Below, piece by piece: positions 38,932-47,550 of a DNA stretch of 64,000 nt. The notes under the pieces were generated by a model. The model saw nothing but the letters and a program-made list of their open reading frames with translations. It was not told where the DNA came from and ran no database searches. The stretch comes from an uncultured Verrucomicrobiae bacterium (GTDB lineage: Bacteria > Verrucomicrobiota > Verrucomicrobiia > Chthoniobacterales > UBA10450), in NCBI GenBank assembly GCA_963735805.1, contig CAVTMK010000002.1, positions 1 to 64,000 of the forward strand, written 5' to 3'. Each line of letters opens with the position of its first letter. The first letter of the stretch is position 1. The translations under genes were made by a program, and so were the position numbers.

Positions 38932-39333
38932 ATGAATTCCTCACCACGGCAAAAGCGGAAACCAGGCAGCGCCAGCGAAGAAACCGTATTCGAATTTCAG
39001 AACCTCGAAATCACGCGAGACGTGCTGGTGATACATTTCTTCAAAGAGAAGACCATCATTCCTCTGAAAGACATCGCCTCGTACCATTTCGACTGGTATC
39101 TGCATGACCCGACTTTTGCGAAGAAGTGGTGGTTCCTTGTCTTGATAGTAAGGCTTAAAAACGGCGACGAGGAAGGGGGCCACATCACGACCGTCAAATT
39201 CAATTATCTCAGCGACGACTCCGAATTGCGAAAAGAGATCGAAACTAAAATCTCGCGCGCAATAGACACTGCGCTTTCGCGCGCAAGCATCGCGACAAAA
39301 AACGATTCCTGTGCAGCAACACGCAACGAGTGA
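38932..39333 (+). CDS. Hypothetical protein (PH-like pattern possible)
   Basis: ORF downstream of operator 3; IIPLKDI beta-rich pattern ending in a helix. Confidence 0.6.
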   Translation: MNSSPRQKRKPGSASEETVFEFQNLEITRDVLVIHFFKEKTIIPLKDIASYHFDWYLHDPTFAKKWWFLVLIVRLKNGDEEGGHITTVKFNYLSDDSELRKEIETKISRAIDTALSRASIATKNDSCAATRNE

Positions 39334-39468
39334 GGTTCGGTCGAGCGGAGCGAGAAGCGGAAGTGAATTTTATCGCCATCAAAATGCTGCTCGACGGCCG
39401 GGCCAAGATCCACAGAGTTTATATGGATTGATGCGTATTTCGGAGTCGAATTCAAACAACTCGCTGCA

Positions 39469-39503
39469 CAAGAAACGAACTACTTTTCACAAGCAATGAC
39501 ATG
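39469..39503 (+). promoter_or_regulatory. Island operator 4
   Basis: CAAGAAACGAACTACTTTTCA CAAGCAATGACATG; CATTTT at 39524; ATG at +46. Confidence 0.8.
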
Positions 39504-39535
39504 CTGACCTCTGCGAAACCAAGCATTTTCGACTC

Positions 39536-40639
39536 ATGAAAAAACTGAGCATTGGAAACATTCTGGTGCCGATCGATTTCTCGAAGATGTCGATCCAGGC
39601 TATCGAAACTGCGAAAGGCTTGGCCCAGCCCTTTGGTGCCACCATCCATCTTGTGCACGTTCATCACTGGCAGTACTCCGCCGATTTTGTGGGACCGGTC
39701 ATCTCATCGGGATTTTTGCCCGCATCGTTCGAAGAGCATCGCAATAAACACTTGGCTGAGGAGTTCAAGACAATCGCCAGCAAAGCTCGATTATCCCCAC
39801 GCGATAAAACCCACCTGAGAACAGGCGCCTCTGCATTTCAGGAGATTTGCACGCTGGCCCGGCAAATTCCCGCCGATCTGATCGTCATGCCGACACACGG
39901 CTACACCGGGATCAAGCATGTGTTCCTCGGGAGCACGACGGAACGCGTCGTGCAGCATGCGCCCTGCCCAGTATTTGTTGTGCGACAACTCGGCAAACGG
40001 CCGGCCGAAGAAAAGTTTCGCTACAAGAAGGTTCTCGTACCGGTCGATTTCTCCGATTGCTCGCAGAAAGCGCTCCAGTACGCCATCGGGTTCGCGAATG
40101 AATTTGGGGCCGAGATCGTTTTGCTGCATGCCACTTACCTCGGTTACATCTATTCCGCCGAGGGCACGGCCCTGTATGACATTCCAGGCTTGCAAAAGGC
40201 TGCTCGCAAAGAAGCCGAGCACCAAATGCAAACGCTTGTCCGGGCGGCAAAGTTTGGACAAGTAAAATTTGAGACGGTCTTTACCGAGGCCTCGCCTGTC
40301 TTGGATATTTGCGCCTTTGCAAAACACCACGACGTCGATCTGATTATTACGTCGACGCACGGGGTGACCGGTTTCGAGCATGTCTTAATTGGGAGCATCG
40401 CAGAGAAAGTGGTCCGACATGCGCCCTGTTCCGTTCTGGTCGTGCCATCGCACCTTCGGATCAGAGCGGCGAATCTGGCAAAAACGCCCGGCACCAGGAC
40501 CCGCGCAGCAGGCCAACAGCAACCACCCAAATCATCGAGAGGCAAAGCGCTCACGAAAAAAGATCGAAGGCTCGTTGCGAATGCCTTTCCCGAGCGCCGC
40601 AAAACGAACAAGTTTCGCGAATCGCATTTCGGTCGATGA
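39536..40639 (+). CDS. Universal stress protein (tandem) with basic C-terminal tail
   Basis: Two USP units plus an about 60-aa K/R-rich tail. Confidence 0.93.
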   Translation: MKKLSIGNILVPIDFSKMSIQAIETAKGLAQPFGATIHLVHVHHWQYSADFVGPVISSGFLPASFEEHRNKHLAEEFKTIASKARLSPRDKTHLRTGASAFQEICTLARQIPADLIVMPTHGYTGIKHVFLGSTTERVVQHAPCPVFVVRQLGKRPAEEKFRYKKVLVPVDFSDCSQKALQYAIGFANEFGAEIVLLHATYLGYIYSAEGTALYDIPGLQKAARKEAEHQMQTLVRAAKFGQVKFETVFTEASPVLDICAFAKHHDVDLIITSTHGVTGFEHVLIGSIAEKVVRHAPCSVLVVPSHLRIRAANLAKTPGTRTRAAGQQQPPKSSRGKALTKKDRRLVANAFPERRKTNKFRESHFGR

Positions 40640-41463
40640 CAAAAGCCTTAGTCACGGCTGATTCCGGGATCACCTCGACGCGGCATGCTGTCGAACTGCG
40701 CGACGTGAGCATGAGCTTCGGCGGCAAACAGGTTCTCGATGACGTTTCTCTGGTCGTCGATCCCCAGGAGCGCCTCGTCATCATCGGGCAAAGCGGCGCG
40801 GGCAAAACGACGATTCTGCGGTTGATCCTGGGCATTCTGAAACCCAACAAAGGCTCGGTCTTGTTCAAGCAACACAAGGTTTCACAAATGAACGATCACG
40901 AGCTGGAAGCAATTCGTATGCGGATGGGAATGGTATATCAAGATGCGGCGTTGCTAAGCTCGCTCACGGTGCGCGAAAACCTTGCTCTTCCTTTGCAGGA
41001 GTTGACGAACAAAACGCCCGTCGAAATCGACAAGCTAGTCGATGAAAAATTAGAAATGGTCGAGCTGACTGGTGAAGGCAAAGCGATGCCGTTCGAATTA
41101 AGTGGCGGCATGCGCAAACGCGTCGGGCTTGCTCGTGCACTGATGATAGAGCCAGAATTAATTCTGTTCGACGAACCGACCCAGGGGTTGGATCCAGTCA
41201 TAGCCGCATTGATCGATGAGCTGATAATCGATCTTACCAAAAGAACGAAAACGACGTCCATCATCGTTACCCATCTAATGGACAGCGCGTTTCGCGTGGC
41301 CACCCGCATGGCCATGTTGCACCGTGGAAAAATCATCGAACAAGGAACACCCCAGCACATGCGGCAATCAAAGAATCCGGTGGTCGTACAGTTCTTAAGC
41401 GGTAGCACCGAGGGCCCAATCTTTGAGCGCAGCAAATATCACATGCTCTCACCGGCCGATTAA
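40636..41463 (+). CDS. ABC transporter ATP-binding protein (MlaF/Mkl-like)
   Basis: GQSGAGKT, ELSGGMRKRVGLARAL, LFDEPTQGLDP, NPVVVQFL.G..EGP. Confidence 0.9.
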   Translation: MTKALVTADSGITSTRHAVELRDVSMSFGGKQVLDDVSLVVDPQERLVIIGQSGAGKTTILRLILGILKPNKGSVLFKQHKVSQMNDHELEAIRMRMGMVYQDAALLSSLTVRENLALPLQELTNKTPVEIDKLVDEKLEMVELTGEGKAMPFELSGGMRKRVGLARALMIEPELILFDEPTQGLDPVIAALIDELIIDLTKRTKTTSIIVTHLMDSAFRVATRMAMLHRGKIIEQGTPQHMRQSKNPVVVQFLSGSTEGPIFERSKYHMLSPAD

Positions 41464-41715
41464 CATCGAACAAAAACGCTTACCTTCATCCATATCGAAG
41501 ACCAAGAACTCGGCGCGGGACTCTCCTGTGGAACTGCTTTCCGCCCCGCGCTAGGCCTCGTCGCGCCCGCAACGCACTCTACAAATCCAGGCGCACGGAT
41601 CGCCGCAGATATAACCAGCGCAACAACAAGCGGGAAAGCGCATAAGAGATGTAAGAACGCTCAGGTTGAATTTGACGAAAAACTCGGAATTTAACCTTCT
41701 TTTTCGCCGCCTGGT

Positions 41716-41910
41716 CTACTCCACTTTAGGTTGACCGATGATCTTCAACTGCGACTCTGGTCTTTGGATTCGTTCATGCTTCTGCTCAGGAGGTTCAGTT
41801 GCGATCTCCTTGATTTCCCTGGTAATTGCAACCGATTGAAACGTATCCGCAGTGGAGAGTTTCTTTAAGAGTTCCTGAATCCTTGCAGCCTTCTCGTGTT
41901 CAAGAAACAT
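41716..41910 (-). CDS. 64-aa hypothetical protein
   Basis: Helical charged ORF whose ATG is 45 nt from a minus-strand operator copy. Confidence 0.6.
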   Translation of the reverse strand: MFLEHEKAARIQELLKKLSTADTFQSVAITREIKEIATEPPEQKHERIQRPESQLKIIGQPKVE

Positions 41911-41941
41911 ACTAACCTTTCGTCAGCGCGGCGCCCAACTG

Positions 41942-41976
41942 CTCATCAATCTTTGTGAGAATCTGTTCAGATTCTG
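41942..41976 (-). promoter_or_regulatory. Island operator 5b (minus strand)
   Basis: CAGAATCTGAACAGATTCTCA CAAAGATTGATGAG on the minus strand; ATG at +45. Confidence 0.65.
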
Positions 41977-41991
41977 CGCCGCGCTCGCGCC

Positions 41992-42026
41992 CAAGAAATG
42001 AGCAGCATTTAGCAATTCGCGCTGAG
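41992..42026 (+). promoter_or_regulatory. Island operator 5
   Basis: CAAGAAATGAGCAGCATTTAG CAATTCGCGCTGAG; CAATAT at 42046; ATG at +45. Confidence 0.8.
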
Positions 42027-42057
42027 CCAGCGCTTTTTGCCGGCGCAATATGGCTCA

Positions 42058-43065
42058 ATGAAAAATGTGTTAGACCCTCCCAGTTCAAAACACTTATCTG
42101 CCAAATCACGGCGGGGCGTTACACGGTCGCGGTTGCTTGGAATTAAGCGCATCCTGGTCCCGATCGATTTTTCGCGCCCATCATTAAAGGCGATTCCCTA
42201 CGCACTTTCGGCCTCGCGGCAATTCAGCGCAGGCGTGCATCTTTTGCACGTAGTTGATACCACTCAGTACCCGCCTCCGACGTTGCTTACGCTTCCGCTG
42301 GTTCCGCAATCAGAATGGAACAGGCGATTGATGAAACGGCTGAAGGCTGTTGCCTTGAAATATCAAAGCAATGGCAATGTCTCCGCACTGGAACTGCGCA
42401 CCGGCACGGCCTGCGAGGAGATTTGCGCGACCGCACGGGAGATGAAGGCGGATCTGATTGTTATCTCGACCCACGGATACACAGGTTACAAGCACATGTT
42501 TCTCGGCAGCACTGCGGAACGGGTTGTCCAACATTCGCCATGCCCGGTTCTTGTCGTACGTGGGAACCTCAGACATTGGAACGGAGCCGTTGACCCGCGC
42601 ACACGCATGGGCTTTCAACTCAGGAGGATTCTTGTGCCAACCGATTTTTCGGAATGTTCACGCGCCGGATTTGATTACGGTCTTCAACTGGCACGCGATT
42701 TCAAGGCAGAGTTGCGCCTGGTCCACGTAATTAATCCGCACGCCTATCCGTTCGGAGACAAGTATGCTGCGCTCGATCCGGCACAGCTCGTGCGCGATGT
42801 GGTGAACGCGGCGCAAAAGCAGATGCGTTCGATGGCAGCAAAAGCCAAGGTCCGATATTCCGCCCGTGTGATTCAAGGTTCGCCGGCAATCCAAATTTGC
42901 AATGCGGCAAACGAAGATGTCGATCTCATTGTCATTTCGACGCATGGCCGCACCGGGTTCGAACATGTCCTCATCGGCAGCGTGACAGAGCGCGTTGTGC
43001 GCCATGCACACTGCCCAGTGCTGGTCATTCCGGCACGGCCAAAATCCAACAAAAACAAAACATGA
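42058..43065 (+). CDS. Universal stress protein (tandem)
   Basis: Two USP units; start at MKNVLD. Confidence 0.93.
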   Translation: MKNVLDPPSSKHLSAKSRRGVTRSRLLGIKRILVPIDFSRPSLKAIPYALSASRQFSAGVHLLHVVDTTQYPPPTLLTLPLVPQSEWNRRLMKRLKAVALKYQSNGNVSALELRTGTACEEICATAREMKADLIVISTHGYTGYKHMFLGSTAERVVQHSPCPVLVVRGNLRHWNGAVDPRTRMGFQLRRILVPTDFSECSRAGFDYGLQLARDFKAELRLVHVINPHAYPFGDKYAALDPAQLVRDVVNAAQKQMRSMAAKAKVRYSARVIQGSPAIQICNAANEDVDLIVISTHGRTGFEHVLIGSVTERVVRHAHCPVLVIPARPKSNKNKT

Positions 43066-43724
43066 AAACACAATTCTTAAACCGATTCGAGGCCGGCCAA
43101 CTTCTGGCGCAAAAGCTCCCAGCTTATGCAAATCGGAACGACGTGCTTGTTCTCGCATTGCCCCGCGGCGGCGTCCCTGTCGCAGCCGAAGTGGCCAAAG
43201 CCTTAAAAGCGCCACTTGATGTGTTCGTTGTACGCAAGCTTGGATTGCCTTACCACCCGGAGCTGGCGATGGGGGCAATCGCCACCGGCGGCGTACGTGT
43301 GTTCAATGGCGATATTGTAAATTCGCTGCAGATACCCGACCAAGTCATTGACGCAGTGAGCGCGCAGGAGTACGCCGAGCTTCAGCGAAGGGAGAAAGCT
43401 TATCGTGACGATCTTCCACCACCGGAGGTTGAAGGCAAAACCGTCATCCTTGTCGATGACGGCATCGCGACTGGCTCAACCATGTTTGCTGCCATTGCGG
43501 CCCTACGACAGTTGAATGCCGCGTCTATCGTCGTTGCAACGCCTGTTGTCGCACCAACGACGTATCAAGAAATCCAGCGGGCAGCCGATGAAGTTGCGGC
43601 GGTAATGACCCCGGAAGACTTCTACGCGGTCGGCCAATGGTACCAGGATTTCTCGCAGACCGGCGACGATGAGGTTCGCGACCTTCTTGCGCAGGCCGCT
43701 CAGCGACAGCCTGTAGGAGCCTGA
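43062..43724 (+). CDS. Phosphoribosyltransferase-like protein (Rv2030c N-terminal type)
   Basis: [51 protein letters not shown]. Confidence 0.9.
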   Translation: MKTQFLNRFEAGQLLAQKLPAYANRNDVLVLALPRGGVPVAAEVAKALKAPLDVFVVRKLGLPYHPELAMGAIATGGVRVFNGDIVNSLQIPDQVIDAVSAQEYAELQRREKAYRDDLPPPEVEGKTVILVDDGIATGSTMFAAIAALRQLNAASIVVATPVVAPTTYQEIQRAADEVAAVMTPEDFYAVGQWYQDFSQTGDDEVRDLLAQAAQRQPVGA

Positions 43725-43729
43725 GCAAA

Positions 43730-43764
43730 CAAAAAATGTGCAGTTGTTCCCAAAATTCGGCGAG
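43730..43764 (+). promoter_or_regulatory. Island operator 6
   Basis: CAAAAAATGTGCAGTTGTTCC CAAAATTCGGCGAG. Confidence 0.72.
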
Positions 43765-43851
43765 TCTGGTCAATGAGAATCGGCTTCACTGTTCGCACAC
43801 CCAAACACAAACCATAAAAGTGCAAGATGCAATGAAGGTCGATGAAACCCC

Positions 43852-44832
43852 ATGAAAACGCCTACGAAGGAACGCAGCACGACTTCATTGCATCGGTTTG
43901 AGGCGAGAACGCTTTCGGGGTTGCCTCTGCCTGCCGTTGAAATAAAGACAATCCTTGTCCCTTTGGATTTTTCGCCGGCGTCGATCGAGGCGTTAAGTTA
44001 CGCCGTTCCGCTGGCGAAGAAATTTGGTGCTGTAGTACATCTGGTTCACGTCAGCTACAAAAAGGACGCTTCGGAGGTATTCCGGCTAGACGAGCTCACA
44101 TTCGAGACTGTCGAGTGGATTGATTTTTTACGGGACCGGCTGTCACTAGTTCACCAGAAACACCTCCCTCCTTTTTGGCCGAAGAACGATCATGTGCGTG
44201 CTGGAGAACCGTATGAGCAGATCTGCGAGCTTGCGCGCGAAATCGATGCCGGCCTCATCGTCATTGGGACACGCGGGCACACGGGCTTCAATCGCATGCT
44301 TCTTGGCAGCACCGCAGAGCGAGTGATTCGCTTCGCGTCGCGTCCTGTCCTCGTGGTCCGAAGACACGAGCGCAAGCAACCAAAAGAATTCATGCTCCGC
44401 AAAATTCTGGCACCGGTCGATTTCTCTGAATGCAGCATGTTCGGCGCGCTGGACGCGGCATTTTTCGCAAAAACGTTCGACGCAAAACTTTTGTTATTAC
44501 ACGTGTTCGCCGGCGTAATGCCAGTAGAGACTGGCAAGGCCAGCAAAGCCAAAAATGACGCGATCGATTTGAAGAATGCCCAGCTCGACATGGAAGCGTT
44601 CACGCAACTCGATTTCCTGCGCAAAGTGAAACACGCAACGGAAATTCGCGCTGGCTACCCAGTAGACGAAATCTGCCGCGAGGCAGCAAAGTCGGAAGTC
44701 GACCTTGTGGTGATCGCCACGCACGGACGCACCGGATTCAATCGCATGTTCCTCGGCAGTGTCGCAGAGCACGTGGTCCGTTACGCAGAATGTCCAGTGT
44801 TGGTCGTGCCCGGTCATCCGTCCGCTTCGTAA
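43852..44832 (+). CDS. Universal stress protein (tandem)
   Basis: Two USP units; the first has the full G-2x-G-9x-GS motif. Confidence 0.93.
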   Translation: MKTPTKERSTTSLHRFEARTLSGLPLPAVEIKTILVPLDFSPASIEALSYAVPLAKKFGAVVHLVHVSYKKDASEVFRLDELTFETVEWIDFLRDRLSLVHQKHLPPFWPKNDHVRAGEPYEQICELAREIDAGLIVIGTRGHTGFNRMLLGSTAERVIRFASRPVLVVRRHERKQPKEFMLRKILAPVDFSECSMFGALDAAFFAKTFDAKLLLLHVFAGVMPVETGKASKAKNDAIDLKNAQLDMEAFTQLDFLRKVKHATEIRAGYPVDEICREAAKSEVDLVVIATHGRTGFNRMFLGSVAEHVVRYAECPVLVVPGHPSAS

Positions 44833-44842
44833 CAAAAATTGT

Positions 44843-46177
44843 ATGCCAAAATCTCTGGTTGATCTCGTCAGTGAAAAATCGGAAGCCCTGGTTGGTTCGC
44901 CTAACGACTTTGATTCCCTTGTCGATTTAATCGGCGATGCGCGTTTTGTTTTGCTCGGCGAAGCAAGTCACGGGACGCATGAGTTTTATCGAATTCGGGC
45001 ACAAATCTCGAAAGTCCTGATAGCCAGACGCGGTTTTAGTGCCATCGCGGTAGAAGCCGATTGGCCGGACGCATATCGCCTGAACCGATTCGTTCGCGGG
45101 GTAGGGAATGACAGCGACAGCGTGGAGGCACTAGGTGGATTTCGACGCTTCCCACAATGGATGTGGCGAAATGCTGATGTACTCGATTTTGTCGGTTGGC
45201 TCCGCGAACACAATGACGAGCAAGCGTTTGAAGATCGGAAGTGTGGATTCTACGGCCTCGATCTTTACAGTTTGCATGCTTCGATTGAGGCGGTGCTCGC
45301 TTATCTGGACAAGCTCGACCCGGAGACAGCAAAACGCGCGCGAAATTACTACAGTTGTTTCGAGCACTTTGGTAAAGACATCACAACTTACGGATATGCT
45401 GCCGGCTTTCACATGACCCCGTCCTGCGAGGAGGCTGTCGTAGAAAGCCTCGTCGAGCTGCGCCGCAAAGCGATGGATTACCTGCAACGCGACGGCCAGG
45501 TCGCGGCCGATGCATATTTTTGCGCGGAACAAAACGCGCTGGTTGTGCGAAACGCCGAAGAGTATTACCGGAATATGTTTCGGCGCGAAATTTCCTCATG
45601 GAACCTGCGCGATAGCCACATGATGGAGTCGCTCCTTCGCATCGCAATTCATCTGAGCAACCAAAAACCGCCGGCGAAAGTTATCGTTTGGGCGCACAAT
45701 TCACACTTGGGCGACGCGCGCGCGACACAAATGGGCGACCGGGGAGAACTCAATCTCGGCCAGCTGGTACGCGAACATTTTGGAAAGGAAGTCGTTTCCA
45801 TCGGGTTCACTACCTACGACGGCACAGTCACGGCGGCGTCCGACTGGGACGGACCGGCTGAGCGCAAAAATGTGCGTCCGGCGCATCCGGACAGTTATGA
45901 AGCGCTTTTTCATCAGGTTGATGTTCCAAATTTCTTTCTCGACTTCAGAAAAAGTGTTGATGTTACCGCGTTGCTGCGCAATGAACGTCTCGAGCGAGCG
46001 ATTGGTGTCATTTACCGCCCGGATACAGAATTGATCAGTCATTACTTCCATGCACGCTTACCAGATCAATTCGACGCCATCCTGCATTACGATCACACTC
46101 GCGCTGTTGAACCGCTTGAACGGACCGCTGAATGGGAAATGGGTGAAGTTGAAGAAACCTTCCCCAGCGGGCTTTGA
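44843..46177 (+). CDS. Erythromycin-esterase-family protein (Rv2030c C-terminal type)
   Basis: LGEASHGTHEFY, VEADWPDA, FPQWMWRN, WAHNSHLGDARAT, ERAIGVIYRP, ETFPSGL. Confidence 0.92.
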   Translation: MPKSLVDLVSEKSEALVGSPNDFDSLVDLIGDARFVLLGEASHGTHEFYRIRAQISKVLIARRGFSAIAVEADWPDAYRLNRFVRGVGNDSDSVEALGGFRRFPQWMWRNADVLDFVGWLREHNDEQAFEDRKCGFYGLDLYSLHASIEAVLAYLDKLDPETAKRARNYYSCFEHFGKDITTYGYAAGFHMTPSCEEAVVESLVELRRKAMDYLQRDGQVAADAYFCAEQNALVVRNAEEYYRNMFRREISSWNLRDSHMMESLLRIAIHLSNQKPPAKVIVWAHNSHLGDARATQMGDRGELNLGQLVREHFGKEVVSIGFTTYDGTVTAASDWDGPAERKNVRPAHPDSYEALFHQVDVPNFFLDFRKSVDVTALLRNERLERAIGVIYRPDTELISHYFHARLPDQFDAILHYDHTRAVEPLERTAEWEMGEVEETFPSGL

Positions 46178-46184
46178 ATTCGTT

Positions 46185-46985
46185 GTGTCTGCGCCGAAGC
46201 TTTGCTTTTTCATTCTGGCCGCTGCTGTCCTCCCTTTATCGGGTCAGACACCTTTCGACCAAAACGTCCAACTCTCGCCGCAAGCCAGGCAGGTCGGTGG
46301 TGTCGCAGTCCCGGTGCCGAAAGAGATCTTCCGTTCCCTGGATCAATTCCGGGACGCGAACTGGCGTGCTGTAAAGCGACCTGAGGTAGCTGGCTGGAAA
46401 TCACACGGTGACCAGGCGCAGATTGCAACGTTGCTCGGAGTCGTAATAGCGGAAGGTTTCATCGCAATGGAAGCGGAAGATTCAGCCGAAGTGAAAGATC
46501 TCGGTCGCACCGTGTTGACGCTAGCGCGAGGGCTTGGCGTGGGAGATCGCGCTCTCCGCCGAAGCCGCAGCATCATAGAATTTGCGGATAAGAACGAATG
46601 GGCGGCTGCACGGCAGGAATGGGACGGTGTGCTTTCAGATATCGAAGGCGGAATGATTGAACTCAAGAGTACACAGCTTGCCCAACTGGTAAGTGTCGGG
46701 GGATGGCTGCGCGGCACCGAGGCGTTATCTGCGCTGGTACGTCAGAAGTATTCATCCCAGGGTTCCGCGCTCATTCAGCAACCGGTTCTTATTGACTATT
46801 TGGAGAAAGAACTGCTCGCAATGAGCAGTGACAGCCAAGCTCGTCCTATAGTTGTGAAGCTGCTCGATGGAATACGCAGAATTCGCAGGCTAACCGAAAA
46901 TGGGCCTTTGCCTGAAGAAACTGTCCGGAAAGTGCACGGCATTTGCAAAGAGCTGGTGCCACTGTCATCACGGCGGCTTGAGTAA
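46185..46985 (+). CDS. Hypothetical exported helical protein
   Basis: Signal-peptide-like start (GTG inferred); 266-codon ORF. Confidence 0.7.
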   Translation: MSAPKLCFFILAAAVLPLSGQTPFDQNVQLSPQARQVGGVAVPVPKEIFRSLDQFRDANWRAVKRPEVAGWKSHGDQAQIATLLGVVIAEGFIAMEAEDSAEVKDLGRTVLTLARGLGVGDRALRRSRSIIEFADKNEWAAARQEWDGVLSDIEGGMIELKSTQLAQLVSVGGWLRGTEALSALVRQKYSSQGSALIQQPVLIDYLEKELLAMSSDSQARPIVVKLLDGIRRIRRLTENGPLPEETVRKVHGICKELVPLSSRRLE

Positions 46986-46994
46986 ATTCTCAAC

Positions 46995-47546
46995 TTGAAG
47001 CCACGTACGAGAGCGCTTCATCGAATCGAAGTTTTTGTCGATCGAATCGAGCAGCTTTTCAATTCGATGGATCCGTCGCCGTTCCACGAAAGGGACCTCG
47101 ACGAGGACGCGGAAGAATTTATCGTCGGTTGGGCGCGGGAATTTCCGCGGCACGACCCAGTTTCGCTAGTTGTCCACGTCAATCAGCTTCCCGGGCACGG
47201 TGACGCGCAACACCTGCTTGAAACCGCTGTGCATAATTATTTTGCCTATCGGGCAAAACTAAACCGACTTGAGTTTCGCTATCTTCTCAAACAAGGCCGG
47301 ACCAGCCTAATGATCGGGTTGGCGTTTCTGGCCGCCTGCATGCTCATGAGCCAGTTGCTGCGTCATCGAGCCGGAACATTACCGATTGTCCTTCGGGAAG
47401 GCCTGATCATCGCCGGTTGGGTGGCCATGTGGCGTCCCATGGAAATATTCCTTTACGAATGGTGGCCGCTCCTGCGCAGGGGCCGCCTCTACCAAAAACT
47501 CAGTCAGATGCGCGTGGAAGTGCGCATACGCAACGCGCAAGACTAA
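46995..47546 (+). CDS. Conserved-looking hypothetical membrane protein
   Basis: LFNSMDPSPFHERDLD, two TM segments, GWVAMWRPMEIFLYEWWP. Confidence 0.8.
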   Translation: MKPRTRALHRIEVFVDRIEQLFNSMDPSPFHERDLDEDAEEFIVGWAREFPRHDPVSLVVHVNQLPGHGDAQHLLETAVHNYFAYRAKLNRLEFRYLLKQGRTSLMIGLAFLAACMLMSQLLRHRAGTLPIVLREGLIIAGWVAMWRPMEIFLYEWWPLLRRGRLYQKLSQMRVEVRIRNAQD

Positions 47547-47550
47547 GGCT

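Noticed and set aside
44281..44770. Similar DNA in the two domains of USP 43852 (32/40 nt)
   Set aside because: Explained by the conserved USP motif in a tandem-domain protein.
44843..46177. Calling an erythromycin-resistance gene
   Set aside because: The sequence is of the Rv2030c-like type in a stress context; family membership does not show macrolide activity.
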